Assembly (NCBI GenBank): GCA_048213135.1
Contig: PS015010.1
Location: 1 to 64,000, forward strand
Length of the DNA: 64,000 nucleotides
DNA from: Reclinomonas americana ATCC 50394
Taxonomy: Eukaryota
Direction: 5' to 3'
Positions 1 through 10,013 of the stretch are shown piece after piece. The notes under the pieces were generated by a model. The model ran no database searches. It saw nothing but the letters and a program-made list of their open reading frames with translations, and was not told the DNA's origin. Each line of letters opens with the position of its first letter. Position 1 is the first letter of the stretch. Both the position numbers and the translations under genes were made by a program.

Positions 1-2
1 CC

Positions 3-272
3 TACTCATCAACCATTGCACAAACAGTTCATTGTGGTCAAAGTCCTGCAATGGAAGTGTATCCCAATCCTGCAACGGATTATGTTACGGTAAAAGTACC
101 TGCGGCCGGAGGTGTAATGAGTATGTATGCTGTTGATGGCAGGCTGGTAGAAACCCACAAAGTAGTGAGCCAAATAGATGTAATAAATGTTACAACGCTT
201 GCCAAAGGGATTTATGTGCTGTGTTATAAAAAAGACAATGAAATGATGACCATAAAGCTGTCAAAGCAATAG
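3..272 (+). CDS. C-terminal fragment (T9SS type A sorting domain) of a secreted protein, truncated by window start
   Basis: Frame open from base 3 (YSSTIAQTVHCGQSPAMEVYPNPA...GIYVL...TIKLSKQ); YPNP...GxY...K pattern of T9SS CTD; near-duplicate of 5858-6127. Confidence 0.85.
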   Translation, partial: YSSTIAQTVHCGQSPAMEVYPNPATDYVTVKVPAAGGVMSMYAVDGRLVETHKVVSQIDVINVTTLAKGIYVLCYKKDNEMMTIKLSKQ

Positions 273-306
273 CGGGGCAGACTGGTATAAAAATTGAAGC
301 CTTCCG

Positions 307-343
307 GCAAAAGCCTTCCAGTAACAGAAGGCTTTTGCTTTTT
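307..343 (+). terminator. Intrinsic terminator
   Basis: GCAAAAGCCTTC / GAAGGCTTTTGC perfect 12-bp stem followed by T run. Confidence 0.8.
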
Positions 344-715
344 ATACCCTTTTCACTTTAGTGACACCCGGTTACCCGATTGCAGCCCTGCACCGGGTAG
401 ATTGCTGGTCCGGATTGTCACTTTGCCGGATTAAAAGAAAGAATAGATTTTTTTCAAAATAGTACCACTAAAACGGGTGATAGAAAAAACATCAAAATGT
501 TCTTGTTTAAATCTATTCTTTGCTATTTGCTTCAAAATCAAACTAAAGTCGCAACCTTTTTTATGTAGTAAAAGTCTTTTCGTTACCAAACTTGGCAGGT
601 ATCGCAGTAATACATAATCGGCCATTAGGCAACAGGAATGCAGCAGCATTTACTAAGAACGTTTTAAGAGAATTGAAAATTTTACATAGTATTTTTTAAA
701 GTTTAAAATGTAGTT

Positions 716-3700
716 ATGGTTAAGGAATATTACAGGCGGTTTTTTTTTATCTTTTTTTGTTTGGTCTTTATCGGCATTAATTCTTTTGCACAGCTTTCTG
801 TTTCTGCAACAGGTACAAATGGAAGTTGCCCTAATTCCAGCAGTGTAACAGCAACTGCTGTCAATAATAGCGGCACTGTAAATTACAGGTTGTTAAAAGT
901 GGTGTCTTCGGGTGATAGTGCTGTAAGTAATTACACCAGCTCAAATATTTTTACAGGTCTGCCAGATGGAACCTATGTTGTGGCAGTAACTGATTTTTCC
1001 AGTAAGGATACGTCCAACTCTGTAACCGTTGTCAGCACTTACACAACAATGACTGCAACAGCTTCAGTGGGATCAGTTACCTGTGCTAATAATGATACTA
1101 CGCTTACTGTCACTGTATCCGGCGGCAATGCTCCATATACTTATGCCATTACAAGTCCTGCGGCACAAGTGCAAACCGTTAGCACCAGTGCAACAAGTTA
1201 TACATTTCACAATCTGCCGGTAGCTAACTATGGTTTTTCGGTTACAGATGCCTGTGGTAATACAGTTGTAACCAGCAGTAGTATCAGTTCAACAGGGCCT
1301 GCAACAAATAGTGTACATGGAATTAATGAGTCAGGTGGAAAAGGTTCGTGGTTTGTTTACGGGCAGAGAACCAATGTTTGTACTGATGGGATAAACATCT
1401 TTATCCGGTGGGCTTATGCCGGAACAAATACATTGGTCAGTAATTCAACAGCTACACAGCTTTTTTGGAGATATCGTTATCCTTCCGGAAGTGGTGGTAC
1501 AGTTTATGGGGCAGGAGGTGTTGCCAACGGAATGAGAGTCGATCTTAATACAAATTACCTGGCTCTTGCTTCATCAACAGATACCTATCCTTTTTCACAT
1601 GGCGGCACAGCAGACCTTATCGTGTATGATGCATGTGGCGATTCAACGGTGCTTTCTAATTATGTTAATGCGTGGACAGGTGCTCAATGCCGTCAGACGA
1701 TTGCTTCGTCAGTTGATAATTGTACGAATGCAGGTATCGTAACTCCTAAAGTGGATTTGTTGACATTAACTTGTCTCCCTTATGTCTATTCATTCACGGA
1801 TCAGACCGATCCTTCGCAGCCGGTCATTAGGGATACTATTTATGCAGGTAACACCGGCGTTACATTTTCCGGATTTATTCCAGGTCATACTTATGCGGTA
1901 ACAGATAAAGATGCAGACAGCCTTACTTTAAATAATTGTGTAAGCACAATCACCATCACCACCGCAAAATCACATATTGTTTATTTTGATGAGACACCAT
2001 CGGTTAATGCAAAAAATGTTTCAAATGTACGTGTGCAATATCCTACGGTATATACGGGAACAGTAACGCTTAAAATATTAGCTGCCCCTGCTGGTGCGCC
2101 ATCACCGGATATGGTTGGCTATACTACCTCGTTTTTACAAACGGGCAGCCAGATCAATTTTATAAACAGTAATTTCGGCGGCGTTGCCGCAAATGGATTT
2201 TATTCCGGAACCTACTCGCTAAAAATTACTGCAGGATGCTGGAATGATACATTGAATTTTACTATTCCAAAATCATTTGATGGCAGTATCACCAGCGATT
2301 CCACCAAGCCAACATGCGGAGGTTCTATCATTGCAATAAGAGCAAGGCTTGATAATCCTTCGAATTACAGCGCCATCATTATGAGTGGCACCTCTGGTGT
2401 TGGCACAAAAGAAAGTTTTAATACAACACCCATTGCTGACAGCGGAAAGGTGAATGGAGAATTTCTGTACATCAGTAATCCTTTTTCAGTTCCATTAGGC
2501 ACCTATAAAATAGGGCTATTAATCAATGGAGGAACTGTTCCTATTGATAGTGTAACGGTGACGGATCTTGCAGCAGATCAGATCACAATCGATGCCGGAA
2601 ATACAGGAGGTTTTGTTTGCCCCGGCAATACCACGGGAACACTGGTTGTTGCAGCAACTTCATCAGCCGGTGCATCATTACAATATTCCCAGGATGGGGG
2701 TGTAACTTTTCAGACATCCAGTATTTTTCCGGGTGATGCTGTGGGGGTATATCATGTTGTAGTAAAAGATAATTGCGGTACAGCAACATCTTATAATGCA
2801 AGTGTTGTTCCCGGCGGAAGTGTGCAGGCTACTATTAACGGTAACTTTGGTTCTGCTACTATTTGTGCAGGTGATCCTGTTTCTTTAAACGTAGGACTTC
2901 CCGGTGCAAATACCTATTCGTGGACAGGTCCAAATGGATTCACCAGCAATATTAAGAACCCCGTCATATCAGGAACTGCTACCGGAGTATCAGCAGCAGG
3001 AACATATACAGTCACATCAACATCGACCTGTGTACTCACAAACTCAGTTACACTTAACGTTAATGCCTTACCAACTGTAACAGCAAGTGCCACTCCGGCT
3101 ACTGTATGCGGTACAGCGGGTACAACAACTATTCAGCTCAATGGAAATGTTTCCGGAGGGAGTGGAACTTATAATTATCTCTGGACCGGACAAAGCGGGA
3201 ATGGCATTACTACAACAAATACGCAAAACACAACAGCAAAGCCAACAGCTACTGTCGTTGATACATTGATAGTAACCGATGCAATTACAGGATGTGTGGG
3301 ATCAGATACTACTGCTATTATCGTAGTTTCTCCTTGCACATCATTGCCTGTCACGTTTATCAGCTTTGCAGCCAAAGCGATTAATAATACGGCGGTGCTT
3401 ACCTGGAGCACTGCCGGAGAGATAAACAATAATTATTTTGAAGTACAGAGAAACCTGGGTCAAAATAATTGGACAAGTATTGGCAGGGTTACTGGGAGCA
3501 ATACAACTTCAGTTCGGCACAATTATACTTATACAGATAACGCAGTTTCGGGAACCCTTGTTTATTACAGACTAATGCAGGTTGATAATAATGGAGCGAT
3601 CACATTTAGCGATGTACGTTTGGTTAAATTTCCAGAAAATGACTGGAGGGTTACTGTCTACCCCAATCCTGTACCTATGTCAATTGACGCAGTTCAAATT

Positions 3701-3895
3701 CAAAGCACCCAACCGTTGAAAGAAATGCTTCTTATAACAACTGCAGGACAAGTAGTACAATCAATTAAACTTGAAGGACAAAACCAATCTTCTTATTCGA
3801 TCAATACAAAAGCACTCGGAGCGGGAGTGTATGTTATTCATTTGGTCAACAACAATAATCTTACGACCAACGTGAAATTGGTAAAGCGGAATTAA
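716..3895 (+). CDS. Large Thr/Ser/Gly-rich secreted surface protein with Ig-like/SprB-like repeats and T9SS CTD
   Basis: Signal peptide (..NSFAQ), repeated beta-rich modules (GGNAPYTY, VTDACG, YSWTGPNGF), LPVTFISF...YYRL.QVD..G domain, then VYPNP...GVY...KLVK. Confidence 0.85.
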   Translation: MVKEYYRRFFFIFFCLVFIGINSFAQLSVSATGTNGSCPNSSSVTATAVNNSGTVNYRLLKVVSSGDSAVSNYTSSNIFTGLPDGTYVVAVTDFSSKDTSNSVTVVSTYTTMTATASVGSVTCANNDTTLTVTVSGGNAPYTYAITSPAAQVQTVSTSATSYTFHNLPVANYGFSVTDACGNTVVTSSSISSTGPATNSVHGINESGGKGSWFVYGQRTNVCTDGINIFIRWAYAGTNTLVSNSTATQLFWRYRYPSGSGGTVYGAGGVANGMRVDLNTNYLALASSTDTYPFSHGGTADLIVYDACGDSTVLSNYVNAWTGAQCRQTIASSVDNCTNAGIVTPKVDLLTLTCLPYVYSFTDQTDPSQPVIRDTIYAGNTGVTFSGFIPGHTYAVTDKDADSLTLNNCVSTITITTAKSHIVYFDETPSVNAKNVSNVRVQYPTVYTGTVTLKILAAPAGAPSPDMVGYTTSFLQTGSQINFINSNFGGVAANGFYSGTYSLKITAGCWNDTLNFTIPKSFDGSITSDSTKPTCGGSIIAIRARLDNPSNYSAIIMSGTSGVGTKESFNTTPIADSGKVNGEFLYISNPFSVPLGTYKIGLLINGGTVPIDSVTVTDLAADQITIDAGNTGGFVCPGNTTGTLVVAATSSAGASLQYSQDGGVTFQTSSIFPGDAVGVYHVVVKDNCGTATSYNASVVPGGSVQATINGNFGSATICAGDPVSLNVGLPGANTYSWTGPNGFTSNIKNPVISGTATGVSAAGTYTVTSTSTCVLTNSVTLNVNALPTVTASATPATVCGTAGTTTIQLNGNVSGGSGTYNYLWTGQSGNGITTTNTQNTTAKPTATVVDTLIVTDAITGCVGSDTTAIIVVSPCTSLPVTFISFAAKAINNTAVLTWSTAGEINNNYFEVQRNLGQNNWTSIGRVTGSNTTSVRHNYTYTDNAVSGTLVYYRLMQVDNNGAITFSDVRLVKFPENDWRVTVYPNPVPMSIDAVQIQSTQPLKEMLLITTAGQVVQSIKLEGQNQSSYSINTKALGAGVYVIHLVNNNNLTTNVKLVKRN

Positions 3896-4060
3896 TTTCC
3901 TGGAAGGATATTTAGTTTTTCCGTTCGTCGGAATGTTAGCGCAGCGGATCCCGAGGCGGTATTAAGAGATGGTTTCTTATGAAGTAAAAATTAAAGAGTA
4001 ATAATGAAAAGGCGCTACTTTTTTTATCTTTTGTAAAAGGTATTATTAAGCATTATTAGG

Positions 4061-6127
4061 ATGAAGAGGCCATTTTTTTTCGTAACATTATTTTTTTTAT
4101 TCTCTTATGTACCTGCAAAAGCCCGTACAGATTTCATTACCAAATGGTCATTTCCATCTGCTGCGTCTTCTATACGCGTCAGCGTAGTTACTGACGGAAC
4201 GGTTAACTACACATGGTCAGCGTCGCCATCAGGCCACAGTGGCAGCGGTTCGTTTGCATATACAATTCCAAATGCTCCGGCCATTACACTTGGTGGCCTC
4301 AATATTGCGGCAGGCGACGTTGTAACACTTAGCATGCAACCTCAGAATCTGTGGATGTTTTATACACAGTTTAGCCCTGATGCGACAAAGTTGATAGACG
4401 TAAGCCAGTGGGGAACGGTGCCGTGGACGAATATGAAAGGAGCTTTTTATGGTTGTACAAATTTGAATATTTCAGCAACGGATGTGCCGGACATGTCTGC
4501 TGTAACAGACATGTCAAAAATGTTTTATCAGTGTGCCACTTTGAATGGCCCTTCCAATATCAATAGTTGGAATACTTCTGCCGTTAAAAATATGAATGCC
4601 ATGTTTCAGGGTGCCTATGTTTTCAATCAGCCTATAGGAAGCTGGACTACTTCTGCTGTTTCCAATATGAGCGAGATGTTTGAGAACGCATACGCTTTTA
4701 ACCAGCCTATAGGAAGCTGGAATACTTCTGCTGTTACCAATATGTTTGCGATGTTTTTTAAAGCCTATGCTTTCAATCAGCCAATAGGAAGCTGGAATAC
4801 TTCTGCTGTTACTAATATGAGCTATATGTTTTATAATGTTACAGCTTTTAATCAGCCAATTGGAAGCTGGAACACTTCATCCGTAACGGATATGAGTAAT
4901 ATGTTTTACCTGGCAACCTCTTTCAATCAACCAATTGGTTCATGGAATACCTTATCTGTCAAAAACATGAGCGGAATGTTTGGAGTAGCAAAGACATTCA
5001 ATCAGTATATCGGAGACTGGAATACTTCTGCTGTTACTAATATGAGCTATATGTTTTACGAAGCGTATGCTTTTAACCAACCTATAGCCAAATGGAACAC
5101 TTCATCCGTAACGAATATGAACAACATGTTTAGTGAAGCATATGCATTTAATCAGCCCTTAAGTGCATGGAACACTACAAGCGTATCAAATATGAACTCT
5201 ATGTTTTCGGCTGCCTCATCTTTTAACCAATCTCTAGGCACATGGCAATTAAAATCAAATGTGTATTTGGGTGGTATGCTTTATTATTGTGGAATGGATT
5301 ATTGCAATTATTCTGCTACACTCAGGGGCTGGGCAGGCAATAATCCTACTGTCACCGGACGCTCTCTTGGTGCTAACAATATGCAATACACTTCCGCTGT
5401 TGCTAACGCGGAACGTAACCAATTAGTAAACAGCCAGGGCTGGACAATTACCGGAGATGCACAGGTGAGTTTCTATCCTCTTTTGATACCTGAAGGTTCC
5501 ACCATCTCCGCCACTCCATCCTGTGATGACAATATATACATTGAGCCAAACAATACATTTAATAAAATATTGGGACTTGATGAGAATGGCAACAGTTTTA
5601 ATTATGGAACATCTGCCGTTACCGTAACCAATGATTTTGCAGTTGCTCTACCTTCCGGCGCTACGACTGATGCCAGCGGATTTTATGAAATGAACAGCGG
5701 CAGCAATACCTTTCGGATAAGCCGCCGGATGCATACCATACAGGCACCGGGCTCTTATACTACCAACGGCGGTGTAATAGTGCGGGTGTATTATGACCCT
5801 GCGGAGATAACAGCTATTACCGAAAACAGCAGCCTNNNNNNNNNNNNNNNNNNNNCTTACTCATCAACCATTACACAAACAGTTCATTGTAGTCAAAACC
5901 CTGCAATGAAAGTATATCCCAATCCTGCAACGGATTATGTTACGGTAAAAGTACCTGCGGCCGGAGGTGTAATGAGTATGTATGCCGTTGATGGCAGGCT
6001 GGTAGAAACCCACAAAGTAATGAGCCCAATAGATGTAATAAATGTTACAACGCTTGCCAAAGGGATTTATGTGCTGTGTTATCAAAAAGACAATGAAATG
6101 ATGACCATAAAGCTGTCAAAGCAATAG
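4061..6127 (+). CDS. BspA-family / DUF285 (25-aa repeat) surface protein with T9SS CTD; spans an assembly gap
   Basis: Signal peptide; about ten tandem 25-aa repeats [25 protein letters not shown]; C-terminal YPNPA CTD; N run at 5836-5855 means true length and continuity are uncertain. Confidence 0.8.
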   Translation: MKRPFFFVTLFFLFSYVPAKARTDFITKWSFPSAASSIRVSVVTDGTVNYTWSASPSGHSGSGSFAYTIPNAPAITLGGLNIAAGDVVTLSMQPQNLWMFYTQFSPDATKLIDVSQWGTVPWTNMKGAFYGCTNLNISATDVPDMSAVTDMSKMFYQCATLNGPSNINSWNTSAVKNMNAMFQGAYVFNQPIGSWTTSAVSNMSEMFENAYAFNQPIGSWNTSAVTNMFAMFFKAYAFNQPIGSWNTSAVTNMSYMFYNVTAFNQPIGSWNTSSVTDMSNMFYLATSFNQPIGSWNTLSVKNMSGMFGVAKTFNQYIGDWNTSAVTNMSYMFYEAYAFNQPIAKWNTSSVTNMNNMFSEAYAFNQPLSAWNTTSVSNMNSMFSAASSFNQSLGTWQLKSNVYLGGMLYYCGMDYCNYSATLRGWAGNNPTVTGRSLGANNMQYTSAVANAERNQLVNSQGWTITGDAQVSFYPLLIPEGSTISATPSCDDNIYIEPNNTFNKILGLDENGNSFNYGTSAVTVTNDFAVALPSGATTDASGFYEMNSGSNTFRISRRMHTIQAPGSYTTNGGVIVRVYYDPAEITAITENSSXXXXXXXXYSSTITQTVHCSQNPAMKVYPNPATDYVTVKVPAAGGVMSMYAVDGRLVETHKVMSPIDVINVTTLAKGIYVLCYQKDNEMMTIKLSKQ
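4480..5250 (+). repeat. 75-bp coding tandem repeats (DUF285-type)
   Basis: Recurring ggaatacttctgctgtt..aatatg..atgttt..ttttaatcagcc.ataggaagct units with 75-nt period; boundaries approximate. Confidence 0.85.
5836..5855. other. Assembly gap (N run)
   Basis: 20 N characters. Confidence 1.
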
Positions 6128-6139
6128 CAGGACTGATTG

Positions 6140-6179
6140 AGCCATCCGGCAAAAGCCTTCCAGCAATGGATGGCTTTTT
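6140..6179. terminator. Probable bidirectional terminator between convergent genes
   Basis: AAAAGCC.TCCA / TGGA.GGCTTTT stem; diverged copy of the 307-343 hairpin. Confidence 0.65.
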
Positions 6180-6185
6180 GTGTAG

Positions 6186-8072
6186 TTATTTCAGTACAGC
6201 ATTATTCAACCATTGAAAATAGATCGCGTTTGTCTCAGCGTCCGGGTATTCATGGGCCTTATCATCAATTATTCTGGCTGTTACGGCTATCCCTTTTTCT
6301 TTGAGTACAGCAATCAGTTCTTCTGCTTTTGATACCGGCAATGCGCCATCTTTTCTTCCGTGGTAAACAAAAACCGGGACTTTCGAAAAACTCCCGAGAT
6401 ATTTTCCGTCCAGGAAATTGGGTTGCTCACTGTCGAGCCATTCCCTTGCCAGGTCAGGATGCCCGGCAAATACAGCAACACCCTTGTATAATCCGGGGTG
6501 CTCATAAAATGTCCTTAGTGCCCCGTATCCGCCCATAGAAAAACCACCCACAACGATCTTTTGAGTGTCTACAGAAAAATGACGTTTTACATCTTCCATT
6601 GCCTCAATAATGTCATTCTGCGAACTGTCCGAAGAATAACAACGATACATATCTCTTGCAAGAGGAGCTAACTCGATAAAATTGCCACCACTCCTGGGAC
6701 TGTTCAATACGGTTTGTTCATCCTGTCCACTGCCATGCAGGAAAACGAGAAGCGGATATTTTTTTTGAGGATCATAATCCGCGGGCAGTTTTATACTGTA
6801 AGGCTGATAGGTATTATCGTACCTGGATTGAAAGGCCCTTCTGTGGTTACCGGTAATTCCCTTATAAGGGTCTTTCCCTTCCCGGAACAAAGTGTATTCG
6901 GTTTTCAATTTCCCGTACATCGCCCATTCCGCTGTGCCGGTTTCATAATCTTTGAGGGCATTAAGAAATTGCTCAAGCTGGCTGACTTTGTACATCAGCG
7001 TATTGACTGTTCCGGTTTCTGAATGATGCCGGTTAGTTTTTATATCTGAACGTATGGAATTGAAATCAAGATCCGGGAAAATAACAAAGGGGTATTGTGC
7101 GATGGTATCCCTTCCGCAAACAAGGAGCAGGTTATAGTTAGCCGGAGGTAAATCATTCAGATCAATGGGCAGGGCAGTACGGGTAAAACGGGGTTTATAC
7201 TGGTAGTTGACTTCTTTTTGCCATACTGTTTTCGCTGTGCTGTCTTGTACGACTATCCTGAATATTTTCGCCCTGTTTTTGTCGGACCTGGAAACAACGT
7301 CCAAATTCAATGTTTCGCCTTTCTTTATATGTCTTCTGCCGGGTTTCGCGGAAGTAAATTCATCTCCGGTTGCAGAAGAAGGTATTTCAAATTTTATAGG
7401 CGCATAATTTCGTTTAGGTACTTCCTCATCCCAAATGCCCTCATCTTCGACGATAGCGTATCCATAGGCCTGGTCATTCGCAATGGCTTTAGCAAAGTAC
7501 AGGTTACATCCCATCTCTTTTAAAAACCAGGGATGGTAGGGCTCAATGTCCTGCCAGGCCAGTAATACCTCAAACCCGCATTTTCCGTTGGTACTATTTT
7601 CTTTAAAGACAGTGCGGGAGCTTAATTTTTTTCCGCTGTTCTGTTTCCTGTTGTACTCCCATATCCGTTTGCCTACCCAATAATTTTCCATTCTGGAAGG
7701 GGTGAAAACAATGTCATAGTACTCATCAGTTAAAGAGTCTTTTTGCGGCTTCGCGAAAAGTAGTTTAAACCCATCGCCATTAATAAAACCCCTGTCCCTG
7801 TAGGTAATGCTGTCTGCCCGGGTTTCTATGTACAGGTAGAAATGAGTTGGGGTATATCCCATCCTGTAAGAGACCTCAATATTTTCGGTGCCGGGATTAT
7901 CGAAGCGGTAAACGTGGTTGAACTTTCTTTTTTCAAGCGTGGCTAATTCCGGATCCAGCCGGCCATCAATAACCGGCGTTTTGGGTAAGAAAGTAACCTG
8001 GCTGATGACAGGTTGCTGACCATTAACGGCCTGGGTGAACAGGAAGCACAAGAATAACAGTTTTATAGCCAT
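6186..8072 (-). CDS. Secreted alpha/beta-hydrolase (esterase/peptidase) with N-terminal CBM9/DOMON-like domain
   Basis: Likely start MAIKLLFLC (signal peptide); PVIDGRLD CBM9-like start; YPLLVFLHG, GFSMGG nucleophile elbow, HGRKD, AHEY. Confidence 0.75.
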   Translation of the reverse strand: MAIKLLFLCFLFTQAVNGQQPVISQVTFLPKTPVIDGRLDPELATLEKRKFNHVYRFDNPGTENIEVSYRMGYTPTHFYLYIETRADSITYRDRGFINGDGFKLLFAKPQKDSLTDEYYDIVFTPSRMENYWVGKRIWEYNRKQNSGKKLSSRTVFKENSTNGKCGFEVLLAWQDIEPYHPWFLKEMGCNLYFAKAIANDQAYGYAIVEDEGIWDEEVPKRNYAPIKFEIPSSATGDEFTSAKPGRRHIKKGETLNLDVVSRSDKNRAKIFRIVVQDSTAKTVWQKEVNYQYKPRFTRTALPIDLNDLPPANYNLLLVCGRDTIAQYPFVIFPDLDFNSIRSDIKTNRHHSETGTVNTLMYKVSQLEQFLNALKDYETGTAEWAMYGKLKTEYTLFREGKDPYKGITGNHRRAFQSRYDNTYQPYSIKLPADYDPQKKYPLLVFLHGSGQDEQTVLNSPRSGGNFIELAPLARDMYRCYSSDSSQNDIIEAMEDVKRHFSVDTQKIVVGGFSMGGYGALRTFYEHPGLYKGVAVFAGHPDLAREWLDSEQPNFLDGKYLGSFSKVPVFVYHGRKDGALPVSKAEELIAVLKEKGIAVTARIIDDKAHEYPDAETNAIYFQWLNNAVLK

Positions 8073-8180
8073 ATGGTTTTTTATTAGCAGCCCGGTCTTT
8101 CGTAAAATACAATGTTTCGAATACTTTCTTCCCATAAAGATATTCCGGAAATACAGTGTTCTGCTGTTTCTGATAAAATT

Positions 8181-9386
8181 TTACAAATAACTCAGCCACC
8201 ATTTCTCCCTGTGTTCAGTTTTGTACCGGCCGTACCATTTGCACAGCGGGTACATCAGTATAACAATAGCGATCCATACCAGGTAGACTATAGTTAAAGA
8301 GTAACCTTCTCCGGGCATGGCAAACTTGAAAGGAATCCCGGGCACACCGGCCACCCCTTCCTGTATGCTGTGTCCTCTTAAAAGATAAGCGATAACCGTA
8401 GCGATGTGCAGGATGTAAAAGTGTAAAATGAAAAAGAATAACGGTACCCTGCCATAAACGATAGCGATCTTTCCCAGCCTGCTGCTTACCTTGTCTCTTA
8501 TTAATGCAAGAAAGATGAGCACGGGCCATATGGTAGCGCAAAGAAAAAGAAGCGAAGGCGGGTACTTCTGAACATTCATAAAAGAGAAAAATGTCGTCAT
8601 GGTATCTCCCTGCCTGGTCCATGGAGTGGGGTTACCATATACATTGACTGCACGCACCACGATAAATAACAATAGTGCCGATACGCCTGATACCAGGAGT
8701 GTCTTTTTTCGAAAGGCCGGGTCGGTACCGGTAAACAAACGACCGCAGCAATAACCCACCAATGTGAGCCCGGCCCAGGGCAGGAAGGGGTAGAGGATGA
8801 AGAGGCTGTGATCACCCCATAATGGAATGATAGCCGGCCGGTGTATAAGGCTCCACCATACAGGCAGGGCGCCTTCACGGGCTCTTTCCGCAATGTCCAG
8901 CAGGTTGTGTCCAAATACAATGACCAGTCCTAGCGCCAGTATTAAATAGAATGGGAACCGGATCACCAGGCCGAGAATGATCATGCCTGCCCCGATTGAC
9001 CAGAGTGTTTCCAGTACAAAGAGACTGAAATGAATATCCGCGGTTAACCCCAGGGACATGATCGTAAGATCAACCAGTATCAGCCACAGCCCGCGGGTAA
9101 TGAGAAAGAAGCTGAGTTGTTTTTTTGATTTGCGGGCACCCTGCAGCCAGGCCGAAAGTCCCGACAGGAAAACAAAAGTGGGTGCGCAGAAATGTGTGAT
9201 CCACCTCGTAAAATATAAACCAGGCGTAGAAGTAGCGGGGTCCAGCGGATCTCCCGTGAGGGCGCCGGTATGGAAAAAATCACGGGAATGGTCCAGCGCC
9301 ATGATGATCATAATAATGCCGCGAAGAAGATCTATGGTCTCTATTCTTTTGGCAGGTTCCGGCAATGGAAGTTGTGTAGTGCTCAT
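8181..9386 (-). CDS. DUF1624 / HGSNAT-like multi-pass membrane protein (putative acyltransferase)
   Basis: RIETIDLLRGIIMIIMALDH, TRWITHFCAPTFVFLSG, KYPPSL motifs; many hydrophobic segments. Confidence 0.8.
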   Translation of the reverse strand: MSTTQLPLPEPAKRIETIDLLRGIIMIIMALDHSRDFFHTGALTGDPLDPATSTPGLYFTRWITHFCAPTFVFLSGLSAWLQGARKSKKQLSFFLITRGLWLILVDLTIMSLGLTADIHFSLFVLETLWSIGAGMIILGLVIRFPFYLILALGLVIVFGHNLLDIAERAREGALPVWWSLIHRPAIIPLWGDHSLFILYPFLPWAGLTLVGYCCGRLFTGTDPAFRKKTLLVSGVSALLLFIVVRAVNVYGNPTPWTRQGDTMTTFFSFMNVQKYPPSLLFLCATIWPVLIFLALIRDKVSSRLGKIAIVYGRVPLFFFILHFYILHIATVIAYLLRGHSIQEGVAGVPGIPFKFAMPGEGYSLTIVYLVWIAIVILMYPLCKWYGRYKTEHREKWWLSYL

Positions 9387-10013
9387 GTGTATCTGGGTTC
9401 ATAACCTGAACAATGTATTACTTTTTTGGCCCGGGAGGTAACTATTTATTGGCAGCAGGTTGTTGCCGGGGGGTGAATGGCAAATGCTGTATCCGTACAA
9501 AATGACCCTGTGTTAAGGATGCTTTTCCCGTCGTATCCTCACCGTTAAGTAACGCCCGCATAAATACCTGTTCCAAAAATGCGTAGATATGCGTAGTGTA
9601 AAAAGAAGGAGACTTGATATTTTTAAAGCCGTTATCCGTCCCACGTATCTTCCATACCCAGGACCATAACCCCTAAAATCAGGATTCTATAACCGGCAGG
9701 ATATCGTGTTCAAGCATTTTTTCAAACCACTCGCTTGTATTCTGTTCCCGGCAAATAGTATACCGGCATCAGCTGTACCCAGGTAAGTGCAGCGTGTGCA
9801 GGCCCGGTTTTAAAACATCCGATCCAATACAATCCATCACAGGCAGAAGAAACTTTTATTGAACTATTGCAGCTGGCAGTGACATGTCCTGTTTTACCGG
9901 TATGTCGCACCATGGCAATAAGAGCGTAATGATTCATTGTTACGGCAGGAAGTGCTTTGCTTCGAAAGGAGCGATCATTAATCATAATACCAGAACTATA
10001 AAAACAAAATCGT

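Noticed and set aside
3926-3956. Small hairpin TCGGAAT...ATCCCGA as a repeat element or terminator
   Set aside because: Single weak copy in the window and no T tract; cannot be supported here
4480-5250. Regular repeats as a CRISPR array
   Set aside because: 75-nt in-frame degenerate coding repeats with no unique spacers and no cas genes
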